From NCBI GenBank assembly GCA_025057415.1, contig JANWXI010000001.1, forward strand, positions 6,415-70,414: DNA of 64,000 nt, written 5' to 3'. Position 1 is the first letter of the stretch; every line of letters starts with the position of its first letter. Made by a program: the position numbers and the translations under genes. This stretch comes from Chitinophagales bacterium. Lineage in GTDB: Bacteria; Bacteroidota; Bacteroidia; Chitinophagales; LD1. A model generated the notes under the pieces. That model made no database searches. It saw nothing but the letters and a program-made list of their open reading frames with translations, and had not been told where the DNA came from. Below, in pieces: positions 18,501 to 27,841 of the stretch.

Positions 18501-20606
18501 GGTGGTAGAGTAAGAAACCGGATTAAGTACTTGTGTGAGGCCGGAAACAAAATTGCTGGGGAGCGCATTTAGGTTGGTGCATCCCATTTTAATAGTAAAT
18601 TCATTATAGGGCTGTGTACTGTTTTTAGTTATCACATTAAAACCGATGTCTGTAATGGCACCGGCACCTAGACCCAGCGCCTGTAGTTCAGAAGCTCGGT
18701 ACAGGTATTGTACACGGCCATCCATCCAAAAACCCACATAGGGAGTAGTGTTGGCGCCGGCGCTACCGGTACCTGTTCCTAAATCCTGGAGAGCAAACGT
18801 GCTGTTGGGCAAGCAGGGGTTTTGCGGATCTGGTACAGGGCCGCAGTCAACAGCGCTTACCTGAGTTTGTAAGGTAACGGCATCACCCGGGCATACATAG
18901 TTAGCTGAGGGGTTTATTTTCACCTTCGGTCCTACCCCCTGAACCACAATTTTAATACTGTCTTTGACCGGACAGCCGTTGGCAGAGGTTACAGTAACAT
19001 AATAAGTTGTGGTGGAAGTGGGAGATACCGTGGTGGTCCCTTGCGTGGGAGATTGGATATTGCCTGAGGGTCCCGAAGCCCATTGGAAGGTGTAAGGCCC
19101 TTGAGCGGCAGGCGAACCGATAGCTGTAAGAACAGAATTTTCATTTAAACAAACCGTATCTTCCGTGGCAGTAACGCTCACTTGGTGACTTACTACATTA
19201 TAAACAATTACCGTATCGCGGTTTTTGCAACTACCTTGCAAATCGCTTTGTACTATGTATGTAGTAGTAACCGGTGGTGCTACGGTGATGGATGAACTGT
19301 CGGGCCCGCTAACAGAAACGATATAGGAAGTGGGTGTCCAGCTGAATTGATTTCCGCCTTTGGCAGTAATGGTAACCGGACCCCCGCCGGTACAGTAATA
19401 TAAATCAGGACCGGCATACGTACCGGGTAGCACGGTTATGTCGTATGTAAACAACTGTAGGCCGGTGATGGGGCAGGCATCATCTTCAAACTGTATAGTA
19501 AAGTAACGGAACCCGGTATCAGTGGCTGTGGGGACCCAGGTGAATACTGCCTGAACGGAATCATTGCCAGTACCAACCGGGCTGACTGTAAGTGAAGCGC
19601 CGGGGATAGATTGTGCAAGGTTAGAACTAACGGTAATGTTTTGTCCGTTGGGGTCAAAAGCAAAAAGTGTAAATGTAACCGTTTGACCGGGACAAACACC
19701 CAATGAGTTACAATCTATGATTACCCCTCCGCTGCTGTTTTGTGGAGTGAGACAGTTCTGAACTGAAGGGGCATTGTTGGTACAATTAATAATAACAATC
19801 TGAATGTCGCGCATGGTAGAGCCAATCAAAACACCATTGCGATATTCCTGCACAAGTACATCTACCACATATACCCCTTGGGCGGTTGGGGTGAAGGTCA
19901 TTTGTCCGGTTTGGGGGTCAAAGTTGAAACCGCCGGCTGTGGGCATGGGGTTGGTAGCGCTGTAGCCACCTGTAAAAGGGATATTGTTTCCTAAATCATC
20001 CAGGGGTGGAATTAAGGTATATACGAGAGAATCCCCATCTGCATCTACGGCACCGTGCGAATAATTCACGGGCTGATTGATACAAAAGTATGGTACCGGC
20101 AGCGAAGTAAACTCGGGAGCACTGTTGCAGGGCACATTGGTATCTAACGTGGCTCTTACCATAAACCCCTGGCTGGTGGGGTTAACTATGTTGTTAGAGG
20201 GGTTACGGCAACAATCATCATAACTGAATGTGTAGGGTCCGCACCCGGGTTGAATGGTATAGTTACCTACATAAGTATATACTTGTACACCCGGTAAACT
20301 TCCTCCCAGGCAGGTTGAGACGGCTGTTGGGCAAAGTTGTGATACCTCAAAACCCGAGTTTGCTTGGTCCAGGGGGCAAGTTATGTTTTGAGTACCGCAA
20401 TTGGAATTTACAGTTACTGTAATGCTGGTAGGCATGGATATACCGCTGCAGTCGCGATAAATAGTTACCACTACCTGATAATTGTTTCCACCCAAACAGC
20501 GGTACGTGATATCAGAACCCATGATGTGCGAGGCGTTGAGCCGGATGGGCAATAATCCTCCGATAAGCACAAAGGCAAGAAGAAACAGAGTGTGAATCTT
20601 TTTCAT
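15588..20606 (-). CDS. giant cell-surface adhesin-like protein with T9SS type B (gliding-motility-associated, CHU_C-type) C-terminal sorting domain
   Basis: Signal peptide MKKIHTLFLLAFVLIGG. Many Ig/PKD-like repeats rich in T/S/C. The C-terminus PNAFTPNGDGNNDSF...IYNRWGQLVY...WDGTFNG...YIYYV is the type B CTD signature. The ATG at 20606 is preferred because a -7 box overlaps the track start at 20654. Confidence 0.9.
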   Translation of the reverse strand: MKKIHTLFLLAFVLIGGLLPIRLNASHIMGSDITYRCLGGNNYQVVVTIYRDCSGISMPTSITVTVNSNCGTQNITCPLDQANSGFEVSQLCPTAVSTCLGGSLPGVQVYTYVGNYTIQPGCGPYTFSYDDCCRNPSNNIVNPTSQGFMVRATLDTNVPCNSAPEFTSLPVPYFCINQPVNYSHGAVDADGDSLVYTLIPPLDDLGNNIPFTGGYSATNPMPTAGGFNFDPQTGQMTFTPTAQGVYVVDVLVQEYRNGVLIGSTMRDIQIVIINCTNNAPSVQNCLTPQNSSGGVIIDCNSLGVCPGQTVTFTLFAFDPNGQNITVSSNLAQSIPGASLTVSPVGTGNDSVQAVFTWVPTATDTGFRYFTIQFEDDACPITGLQLFTYDITVLPGTYAGPDLYYCTGGGPVTITAKGGNQFSWTPTSYIVSVSGPDSSSITVAPPVTTTYIVQSDLQGSCKNRDTVIVYNVVSHQVSVTATEDTVCLNENSVLTAIGSPAAQGPYTFQWASGPSGNIQSPTQGTTTVSPTSTTTYYVTVTSANGCPVKDSIKIVVQGVGPKVKINPSANYVCPGDAVTLQTQVSAVDCGPVPDPQNPCLPNSTFALQDLGTGTGSAGANTTPYVGFWMDGRVQYLYRASELQALGLGAGAITDIGFNVITKNSTQPYNEFTIKMGCTNLNALPSNFVSGLTQVLNPVSYSTTLGWNTHTLDVPFNWDGFSNLIIEVCFNNNSYTQYDNVAFTPTSFTNSVLWDNADLSTASGCTALTTPVLGQNRPNTRFVMCIAPLTNYTFNWSASNNTPVAPVASPTVNVVSNTIYSVTVDDGTCQGNANVTVLVDTAVLISAGNDTIKCGDDTVLLSGKVLFPATQVCVPSYTITSIPYSPLNPLSPPAAGPAGDDVVSSAITLPFNFQFFCNNYSQFFISTNGWISFTGGQGSGFTAQSIPNPASPNNLIAMCWEDLLSPSGVITHYVVGTAPNRRYVIRWNNASFFGASGNVSGQIQLHETTNIIEVHIASQTSANQTATLGVENSNGTVGHAPVGYNQSGWTVPASSPVAFRFTPNVAGNVLTSVQWSPTTGLSSPTTLNTLAYPSTTTDYVLAATFSNGCVTYDTVRVSIGNVQYALSVQPDSICKGATSQLTVTGNATVFNWTPANSLNASNISNPVASPSITTTYYVTMFDSIGCRADDSIRVVVRTHPPITLGPDQTVCPYDSVTLTPSGGPYVSYLWSTGATTPSITTGAQTQPTQDYWVTINDGYCFYNSDTVTIAEYILNPIVTNPSGDTTICIGESITLYAAPGYASYLWTNGAQTQTITVNTAGVYSYTATDANGCQIKAIDTAFVSVKQKPDATITVSDDTICAGQTTATLSVNPVSGIIYTWAPGNITASSITVSSAGTYSLTADDNGCKNTSSVQISETTPPSFTLGADQNHCSCDTTITLSPNVAGSYNWSNGQTSPSINITSTGTYAVTVTDANQCTGSSSVNIEIRCLTVDAIVADPPSGTIFTGKNAGLKANTSYTSSFTYVWSPSTYLNDTTIQTPIATAVQNTTTYFVTVVDNEFGCIASDSIQVKVVPPGIPPMPNAFTPNGDGNNDSFGPYIPPQLQGVYTLVEMRIYNRWGQLVYNGNGYWDGTFNGAMQPAETYIYYVTLQGPDQNNPGTNIQYNLFGSVTLIH

Positions 20607-20651
20607 GTACAAAATGTTAAAATATTGTCGGTAATAAGTAGGTATTGCATG

Positions 20652-20659
20652 CAAATGTA
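20652..20659 (-). promoter_or_regulatory. candidate -7 box (TACATTTG on minus strand) for the adhesin-porP/sprF-ompA cluster
   Basis: Plus-strand CAAATGTA equals minus-strand TACATTTG, 46 nt upstream of the ATG at 20606. Confidence 0.3.
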
Positions 20660-20780
20660 TGAAAAATAATATTTTAATAACACGGTTTGTAACTTTCTTG
20701 CCTTACATGTTTTCAATTAGGGCAAAATTGCAGTGGTAATAAGTAACTATCGCTAAAGTAACGTATTAAACCTTGATGAC

Positions 20781-21650
20781 TCATATTAACCGCACCATGC
20801 TGTCGCAGTATGATTCTATATGAAAATCTCCGGCAGATATTCCTGCACTTTTGAGAGCGTACAGGGCGTTTTCCAATCCCTGACGTCGCAGGGTGTAATC
20901 ATCACTCCACACGGTTGCGCGCAGCCAATCGTGGGCATCCTGTTCGCTCATGCCAAAGCGCACCTTCAAGAAATTTATCGATGAAGGGTCACTTACAAAG
21001 CTGCGGCTTACTTCGTTTATGATGTCGAGCATCATTGTGATTTCTTTTCGGGCATTTTGTAGTATTTCTTCGGTAGCCACAATCAGAAAACTACTCCAGG
21101 GAGCGCTAAACTCACCAATCATCCGCAGTTGACCGTTGATTACAAAGGGCTTTGTAGTATATTTTTCCCAGTAAAATACATTTGTTTCCTGACGACTAAG
21201 CGACTCTACTGCCCCCTCAAGGCTTTTCACCTCTATCCACTGTTCAGGGGAAATATGCTCTCCTCTTTGCCTGGCGTGTATTAGTGCCATCAAATGAGAA
21301 CCGGAGCCACGCTTGCTGATGGCGTACCGCTTTTGAGTTTTAGCGTAAACAGAGCTGATAGGTGAGTGGTAGCCCGTAAAAATGCCCCAGCCGAGCGGAG
21401 ACGTGATGTACTCTTTAACAATACGCGCCCGTAAACCCTTCAGGGCGGCTGTTAGAAAACCTTCTGTAAGTAATATGGCTACATCCAATGTGCCATCACC
21501 CAAAGCTGTCGTCATGGCGCCTGTACCTCCCGGAAAGTAATGCCATGCCACATTTACCCCTTTGCGCTCAAAAAGTTTGTTTTCAATGGCAAGGTTCCAT
21601 GGCAGGTTGAAATGTTCCGTCACACCGCCTATGCGTATTGTTTGTGTCAT
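20781..21650 (-). CDS. periplasmic-binding-protein-fold (NMT1/THI5-like) protein, function unknown
   Basis: N-terminus IRIGGVTEHFNLPWNLAIE...FPGGTGAMTTALGDGTLDVAILLTEG resembles NMT1/THI5-like substrate-binding-fold proteins. No signal peptide seen. Assignment is tentative. Confidence 0.5.
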   Translation of the reverse strand: MTQTIRIGGVTEHFNLPWNLAIENKLFERKGVNVAWHYFPGGTGAMTTALGDGTLDVAILLTEGFLTAALKGLRARIVKEYITSPLGWGIFTGYHSPISSVYAKTQKRYAISKRGSGSHLMALIHARQRGEHISPEQWIEVKSLEGAVESLSRQETNVFYWEKYTTKPFVINGQLRMIGEFSAPWSSFLIVATEEILQNARKEITMMLDIINEVSRSFVSDPSSINFLKVRFGMSEQDAHDWLRATVWSDDYTLRRQGLENALYALKSAGISAGDFHIESYCDSMVRLI

Positions 21651-21662
21651 AACGAGTTATCG

Positions 21663-22517
21663 TTACTTTTGTTGTCTCAAAAAATTTACGGTTGCTTCGC
21701 ATGCCTTTTGTAAATCTGCAGGCAAAACGGGTTGTTGCCACGGGTGGCGCGCACCAAAATTGTGGTTACTGCCCTCTATCAGATACAGAATGGACTCTTT
21801 GTTCCACCGGTGCATCTCAAGCGCATTGCTTACGGGAACGGTTTCATCATCTGTACCATGCACAATCAACAAAGGAACTTTAAGATTTTTGACTGCATCG
21901 GGAATATATAGCCGATGCAGGTTTGCATAGTAGTTTTCGTATAGCTGCCAGTACACGGGCATTTGCTGTCCGGTACGTGTGTTGGGTACATATATTACTC
22001 CATCGCGCCGTATGCGTTCCATTTCATCATTCTTCCAGTACTTGCCATATTCATTAACACTGGCCCACACAGCTACCTTGCGCACTCGATTATCCTCACG
22101 GGCTTTCAGAATGGCTATACCACCCCCGCGGCTGTGCCCCATGATGTAAATTTGACTCGGGTTAGTGTTCTGCATTCCCGGGTCAAATTTCCCGCCACAG
22201 ATCCAATCTATCACCACGCCTGCGTCATCCAGTTCTTTGCTCATGTTGTTGTTACCGAAAGCTTCCAGGTCGGTAAATTCATACGGATTATCAATGGTTG
22301 TGCCGTTGTGTGAAAAATTAAACTTAACGAATACAAATCCTTGCTGGGCAAAGTAGCGCGCCACTAGGTCATACGCGCCCCAATCTTTAAAACCCTTGAA
22401 ACCATGACAAAACAGAATGACCGGTTTGGGGGTTTGATTATCCAGCCAAAATACGTCTGCCAGAAACGGGCGATGATGCAAGCTTTGTAAGATGATGTTT
22501 TTACGTTCCGCAACCAC
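21663..22517 (-). CDS. alpha/beta hydrolase (dienelactone hydrolase/esterase-like)
   Basis: Nucleophile elbow GHSRGG and late catalytic region LLIVHGTDDETV...GSNHNF. GTG start. Confidence 0.7.
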   Translation of the reverse strand: MVAERKNIILQSLHHRPFLADVFWLDNQTPKPVILFCHGFKGFKDWGAYDLVARYFAQQGFVFVKFNFSHNGTTIDNPYEFTDLEAFGNNNMSKELDDAGVVIDWICGGKFDPGMQNTNPSQIYIMGHSRGGGIAILKAREDNRVRKVAVWASVNEYGKYWKNDEMERIRRDGVIYVPNTRTGQQMPVYWQLYENYYANLHRLYIPDAVKNLKVPLLIVHGTDDETVPVSNALEMHRWNKESILYLIEGSNHNFGARHPWQQPVLPADLQKACEATVNFLRQQK

Positions 22518-22571
22518 GCGGCTAACTTAATACTTCGCATCATCATATTATGGGTTACCTTCGCCCGTTGC

Positions 22572-23546
22572 ATGGAGCTTACCTTAGACCAAATCCGCAT
22601 GCCCATAGCGCGCGAGTTGGATGAATTTGAAATCCGCTTTCGCGAAAGTATGCGAAGTAACGCCCCTTTACTGGACCGCATTACGCATTATATCGTATCG
22701 CGCAAAGGGAAGCAAATGCGCCCCATGTTTGTTTTTTTTTCAGCAAAGCTTTGCGGTGAAATCAGTGATGCTACATACATAGCCGCATCGCTGGTTGAGA
22801 TACTGCACACCGCCACGCTGGTGCACGATGATGTGGTGGACGACAGCTACCGGAGGCGTGGATTTTTTTCGGTTAATGCATTATGGAAAAACAAAATTGC
22901 CGTTCTGGTAGGGGACTATTTGCTATCAAAAGGTCTTTTACTTTCTATCACAAACAGGCAGTACCATTTGTTGCATTTATTGTCTGATACCATCCGTGCC
23001 ATGAGTGAGGGCGAGTTACTACAGTTAGAGAAGGCGCGCCGCCTGGATATACAGGAAGAAGTTTATTATGACATAATACGCGGTAAGACCGCCTCGTTAA
23101 TTGCCTCGGCGTGTGCCTGCGGGGCTTCTACGGCTACCCGGGATGCTGCCCTTATTGAACGATGCCGGCTAATGGGTGAACACATCGGTATGGCGTTTCA
23201 GATTAAAGATGACCTGTTTGATTACGAAGAGGCCGAAACCGGCAAACCCCGCGGGTTAGACATTAAGGAGCGCAAAATGACTTTGCCGCTAATTTACACT
23301 TTGCACAAAGAAAGTTTTCTCACCAAACGAAAAATCATCAATATCGTCAAAAATCATAATCAGGATGCCGAAAAAGTTCGCTGGGTAATTGAAACCGTAC
23401 GGGCAGCCGGGGGGGTAGATTATGCAAGAGCCAAAATGATGGAGTTTCGTGAAAAAGCGCTCGACATATTGCATGCGTTTGATGAGTCGGAATCACGCAG
23501 TGCCATTGGGCAATTGATAGATTTTACCGTTAACCGGGCAATGTAA
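22572..23546 (+). CDS. polyprenyl diphosphate synthase (IspB-type trans-prenyltransferase)
   Basis: First and second Asp-rich motifs LVHDDVVDD and FQIKDDLFDY. Length and layout are typical of long-chain polyprenyl synthases. Confidence 0.9.
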   Translation: MELTLDQIRMPIARELDEFEIRFRESMRSNAPLLDRITHYIVSRKGKQMRPMFVFFSAKLCGEISDATYIAASLVEILHTATLVHDDVVDDSYRRRGFFSVNALWKNKIAVLVGDYLLSKGLLLSITNRQYHLLHLLSDTIRAMSEGELLQLEKARRLDIQEEVYYDIIRGKTASLIASACACGASTATRDAALIERCRLMGEHIGMAFQIKDDLFDYEEAETGKPRGLDIKERKMTLPLIYTLHKESFLTKRKIINIVKNHNQDAEKVRWVIETVRAAGGVDYARAKMMEFREKALDILHAFDESESRSAIGQLIDFTVNRAM

Positions 23547-25815
23547 AGTAAAATGTGGTACCTTTCGCGGGTTCCGACTCAATCCATATTTCACCCCCAT
23601 GGCGTTCTACAATTTTCTTACAAACTGCCAGCCCGATGCCTGTACCGGGGTATTTGTTTGTGTTATGCAAACGATTAAAGAGCTGAAAAATACTCTTGCT
23701 GTGTTTCATGTCAATGCCCAGCCCGTTGTCGGTAACAGAGAATAACCAACCGGAATTATTTTTTACTGCAGCAATTTTTACGACAGGGTCTTCGTCCTCT
23801 TTCCGAAATTTAATGGCATTGGAAATTAAATTTTGAAAGAGTTGTCGCAACTGAATCTCATCACCTATTACTTCGGGTAGTTCCCCGAAATTTACTACGG
23901 CTTTGTTTTCATCCATGCTTGCACGCAGGTCGCTCACCACAGTGTTCAATGTATCGTTCAGCTTCACGGGCCGGAACCTGCGTTCTGTATTGTTAACGCG
24001 CGAATATTCGAGTAAACCATGCACCAGTTGATTCATCCGTTGAGCGCTCTGAATGATGTTTTCTAAAAACTCTTTTGACTCGTTATCGAGATTTCGTGCA
24101 TTGCGTTTTTGTATTAATTGAGCAAAGCCCACAACACTGCGTATTGGCTCGCGCAGATCGTGTGATGCTATGTATGCAAACTTCTCAAGTTCTGTGTTGG
24201 ATGTAATGTAACGTTCCAGTTCCAGGTTTTTTTCGGAGAGTTCATTTAGTTTTTGTTGCAATTCATGTTGTGTTTTGCGCAGGTTGGTTACATCGCGCAC
24301 TACCACAATCACGGAGTCGTGCCGGATGCGTACGAAACGAAATTCGAAATGTAATGTTTGTTTTGAGGTTGTATGAGTGTATTCGTATGTGCGCATTTCG
24401 CCATCGGTCAATACTTTTTGAATGAGATTGAGAACTTCGTTCGCGTCACGATTGTGAAGAACATCATAGACCGATTTGCCCACAAATTGCATGCTCTCTA
24501 AAATACCCTGCAATTCAACGTTCGGGTAAAAATCTGTTACCACACCATCAGCACTTAGTTGAAAAACCAAATCGGGCAGTGCGTACAATATCGCTTTGCG
24601 CTTTTCTTCGCTGGCCTCTAACCGGAGTTGCGCTTCTTCAAGCTCCTGTAAATCAGTGAGCGATACCAACACCTGCCGCACAGTACCATCATCGTTCATC
24701 AGGAATGGTGTGATGCGGGTAAACATCTTCCGTTTGCTGCCGTTGTAATTTTTAAACTCGCCAACAGCAGAAAAAATTTCTCCCTCTTTGAGATGTAATA
24801 TTTTGTTCAAGCGCTCCATCGCCACCGGCAAGTGGTCGGGATGAACCACGTCAAAAGGAGTGTTCATCTGATAGCCGGACGGGTAGCCAAGTGCATCGGT
24901 AAATGGGAAATTTTGATAAACCACCTGATTGTTGGTTAAATCAAATACCGAAATGTGATTAGGTACGGTAGATGTAATTTTTTGCAGAAGTTGTTTTTGT
25001 TCGGTAAGTTGTTGTTCATAGTTCTTTAATAAGGTGATATCCTGTACAATTCCAAAACTTAGCTGATGGCCTTCTTCTTCAAACTTGCGGAATAGTGTGC
25101 TGCGGCTGAGCAGCCAATGCCATTTTCCGCTTTTATCCTTAATGCGGTATTCAGTAACGATGTACTTACCCTCGTTTTTAGCATCGAAGAGTTCTTTTCT
25201 GGCGGAAATGAGTTTATTAAGATCATCCGGGTGAATAATGTGTTGTATGAAGTCAAACTGATCCTGAAAGGGCGCCAGATCTTCGCGGGTATATCCCAGC
25301 GTTTCGGGCAATGAGCGGTTTTCAAAAATTACTTTGCGGGTTTTGTTGTCCACTACTATCATGCAGTCGGGCAGAATGTCAGAGATTTTTTGCAAGAGCA
25401 ATTCCTTATCACGGAGTTTTTCTTCCACTTTCACGGCGTGGTCATACTCATAAGCCACTACAAGCCGACACTCCTCGCCCCTGAACATCAGCGATGAGCT
25501 TTTGGTTTGTGTATTGACGATGTTGCCTTTACCGGTGATGATACGGGCGTTCAGAATAGAGTGGCGAACCTTTTCTACTAATCCGCGCCGGATAGCTTCT
25601 ATCACTGCGGGTTTATCATCAGGATATATAAAGTCCAGGATGTTTTTACCAACCAGAAAGGAAGTTTCTGTCACTTCGAATAGCTCTAAGCAATAGGCGT
25701 TTACGTATTTTATTTCCCCTATGCGGTGGATAAGTATGGGGAAGGGTGCGATATCAACTATGTTTTCAAAATCATTATCGGAATTCGATTGGGTCATTGG
25801 GGTGATGCTTCGCAT
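23530..25815 (-). CDS. multi-PAS sensor histidine kinase
   Basis: Several PAS-like modules, a coiled-coil linker, H-box ASHDLREPIRSV, and HATPase N/G boxes (NLISNAIKF, DNGLGID, GTGIGLAVCKKIVERHGGEIW). No TM segments seen. Confidence 0.85.
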   Translation of the reverse strand: MRSITPMTQSNSDNDFENIVDIAPFPILIHRIGEIKYVNAYCLELFEVTETSFLVGKNILDFIYPDDKPAVIEAIRRGLVEKVRHSILNARIITGKGNIVNTQTKSSSLMFRGEECRLVVAYEYDHAVKVEEKLRDKELLLQKISDILPDCMIVVDNKTRKVIFENRSLPETLGYTREDLAPFQDQFDFIQHIIHPDDLNKLISARKELFDAKNEGKYIVTEYRIKDKSGKWHWLLSRSTLFRKFEEEGHQLSFGIVQDITLLKNYEQQLTEQKQLLQKITSTVPNHISVFDLTNNQVVYQNFPFTDALGYPSGYQMNTPFDVVHPDHLPVAMERLNKILHLKEGEIFSAVGEFKNYNGSKRKMFTRITPFLMNDDGTVRQVLVSLTDLQELEEAQLRLEASEEKRKAILYALPDLVFQLSADGVVTDFYPNVELQGILESMQFVGKSVYDVLHNRDANEVLNLIQKVLTDGEMRTYEYTHTTSKQTLHFEFRFVRIRHDSVIVVVRDVTNLRKTQHELQQKLNELSEKNLELERYITSNTELEKFAYIASHDLREPIRSVVGFAQLIQKRNARNLDNESKEFLENIIQSAQRMNQLVHGLLEYSRVNNTERRFRPVKLNDTLNTVVSDLRASMDENKAVVNFGELPEVIGDEIQLRQLFQNLISNAIKFRKEDEDPVVKIAAVKNNSGWLFSVTDNGLGIDMKHSKSIFQLFNRLHNTNKYPGTGIGLAVCKKIVERHGGEIWIESEPAKGTTFYFTLPG

Positions 25816-25837
25816 GTGTCTAAAATAATAAAAAAAA

Positions 25838-27346
25838 TTACAATAAGGAATGGCTTATGTCCATGAGTTCTTTCATGATACGGGTGTCAGTTGAGAGGCG
25901 CGGGGGCTTATTTTGACCGCCGGTTTTGTTATGTTGTTTCATCCATGTATGGAAAGTACCGTTTTTTACGATATCAATTTTTAATGGTTGCAGGATAATA
26001 TCCTGGTGGCGCTTGGCATCGTAGTCGGAGTTGAGCTCGCGCATGTACTTATCGAGCAGTGTCGCAAAACGATGCATATCAGGGGGTAGTTTTTGAAACT
26101 CTACCACCCAGCGGTGGTAACCTTTGCCGGGTTCAGTAAAAACCGGCGCTACCGAGTATTCACCGGCAATGGCGCCGGATGCCTCGCAGGTGAGCGATAG
26201 GGCGCGGTCGGTGTGTTGTATCATTACCTCTTCACCAAAAGTATTGAGGGTTTGTAAAGTGCGGCCTACCCAGCGCAGGCGATAGGGTGAGCAGGATGTA
26301 AATTCCACTACATCACCCGTTTGGTAGCGCCACAACCCGCCGTTGGTGCTGATTACCATGGCGTATTTTTTACCTGTTTCCACATCGCGCAATGGCAGGG
26401 GAGTAACATTTTCCTTTTCGGTATTACCGGGTGTAAAGGGAATGAATTCATAAAAAATGCCACAATCGGTGTGTAACCACATATTGTCGCTCTCGGTGTC
26501 CTGAAAAGCAAAAAAACCTTCACTGGCGTTATAGGCATTGATGTAGCGTATGGGCTTGCCCACCAATTGTTCAAATGTTTTTTGGTAAGGTTCGAACGCC
26601 ATTCCACCGTGTACGAACAATTCTAAGCGGGGCCATACATCCATGATGCAATCTTTGCGACTTATCTCCAACACACGACGCAGAATTATCAATATCCAGG
26701 TGGGAACGCCCGAAAGCGTGGTGATGTTTTCATGCACGATGTGCCGGGCAATGGTTTCAACTTTTTGCTCCCAGTTGGGCATGGTAGCCACCCGGCGCGA
26801 AGGTTCTCTGAAATACTGCAGCCATGCCGGCATGCGGTGCAGCAACACTGCGCTCACGTCACCTGCCGGGCACCTGCCCACTCTATCACTTAAATGCCCG
26901 CCCGAGATGAATGACTTACCTGCAAATACTGCAGCATCGCGGTAGCGATGGTAATAGACAGCCATGAGGTCTTTGCCGCCTTTTACATGGTTCAGATAAA
27001 TGGCTTCATCAGTAAGCGGTATAAATTTACTGCGGTTGGTGGTGCCGCTGCTTTTGGCAAAATAGTGCACCCGCCCGGGCCAAAGCACATCTTTTTTTCC
27101 GTTACCGATTTCCTCTATGTAGGGCTTGTAATCCTCATATACACTCAGCGGTACGGTATTGGCATAATCGCTGTAATTAATTATTTTGCTGAAATGGTGG
27201 GTTTTACCAAAAGTTGTGTTTGCTGCTCTGTGTGTGAGGTAACGCAGGCAGTTTTCCTGCTCTATGATTGCTTGTGTTACAGAGCGTTTGATACGGGGTA
27301 TGCGAGCGCTCAGGTAGGCGCGCATCAGCGTGTTGAGACAGCGCAT
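25838..27346 (-). CDS. GH3 (auxin-responsive promoter) family acyl-adenylate-forming enzyme homologue
   Basis: About 500 aa with GH3-family blocks (FGKTHHF..I..Y.DY...VPL..YEDYKPYIE, FAKSSGTT, YNASEGFFAFQD, GGLWRYQTGDVVEF) as seen in bacterial GH3 homologues. Confidence 0.8.
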   Translation of the reverse strand: MRCLNTLMRAYLSARIPRIKRSVTQAIIEQENCLRYLTHRAANTTFGKTHHFSKIINYSDYANTVPLSVYEDYKPYIEEIGNGKKDVLWPGRVHYFAKSSGTTNRSKFIPLTDEAIYLNHVKGGKDLMAVYYHRYRDAAVFAGKSFISGGHLSDRVGRCPAGDVSAVLLHRMPAWLQYFREPSRRVATMPNWEQKVETIARHIVHENITTLSGVPTWILIILRRVLEISRKDCIMDVWPRLELFVHGGMAFEPYQKTFEQLVGKPIRYINAYNASEGFFAFQDTESDNMWLHTDCGIFYEFIPFTPGNTEKENVTPLPLRDVETGKKYAMVISTNGGLWRYQTGDVVEFTSCSPYRLRWVGRTLQTLNTFGEEVMIQHTDRALSLTCEASGAIAGEYSVAPVFTEPGKGYHRWVVEFQKLPPDMHRFATLLDKYMRELNSDYDAKRHQDIILQPLKIDIVKNGTFHTWMKQHNKTGGQNKPPRLSTDTRIMKELMDISHSLL

Positions 27347-27663
27347 GGCAGTGACGAGGCAAAGGTAAGTTACTGAGGGATAATGTGTGGAGCTGATACA
27401 ACAAGAGAATTAGCCGTGATGGTGAAACAGGCAAAAATAAATGGTAATCTTTCAGTGGTCAGAAGAGTACTCACAACGCGCGTTTTTGTATAAATGTTTT
27501 GCAGTGATGCGTGCAGCAGGGTGTGCATATAGAATAGCAATGAAATATGAAGGATTGAATGCAGAACTGTTAGAAAATTGTTTATTTGAATGGGTTTGTA
27601 ACGAGAGAGGTGCAAGTGTAAATTGCAGGGATAAAGCGGCTGTACAGAGTTAGCAGGCGACAG

Positions 27664-27841
27664 CCGGGTGAGGGATGCAAGCGGAAAGCCCGCAGCCCGC
27701 GCCCGCGCTAAATGCGCGGGCGCGGCGAGGACTTGGAGCGGGTCAGCCCGACCCTGCTGCCTTGCAGCGCTTGGCAGCAGGGGCACCCCCTCCAATAAAC
27801 ATTACAAAAATTTTATATACAATTTGTGACAAGCCCGGGAA
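27664..27841 (-). repeat. GC-rich multi-hairpin intergenic element, copy B
   Basis: Core 27664-27790 aligns with copy C over nearly its whole length. It has a 12-bp central hairpin CCGCGCCCGCGC-TAAAT-GCGCGGGCGCGG and a 10-bp hairpin CCCTGCTGCC...GGCAGCAGGG. It starts 51 nt after the collagen-like gene stop. Confidence 0.8.
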
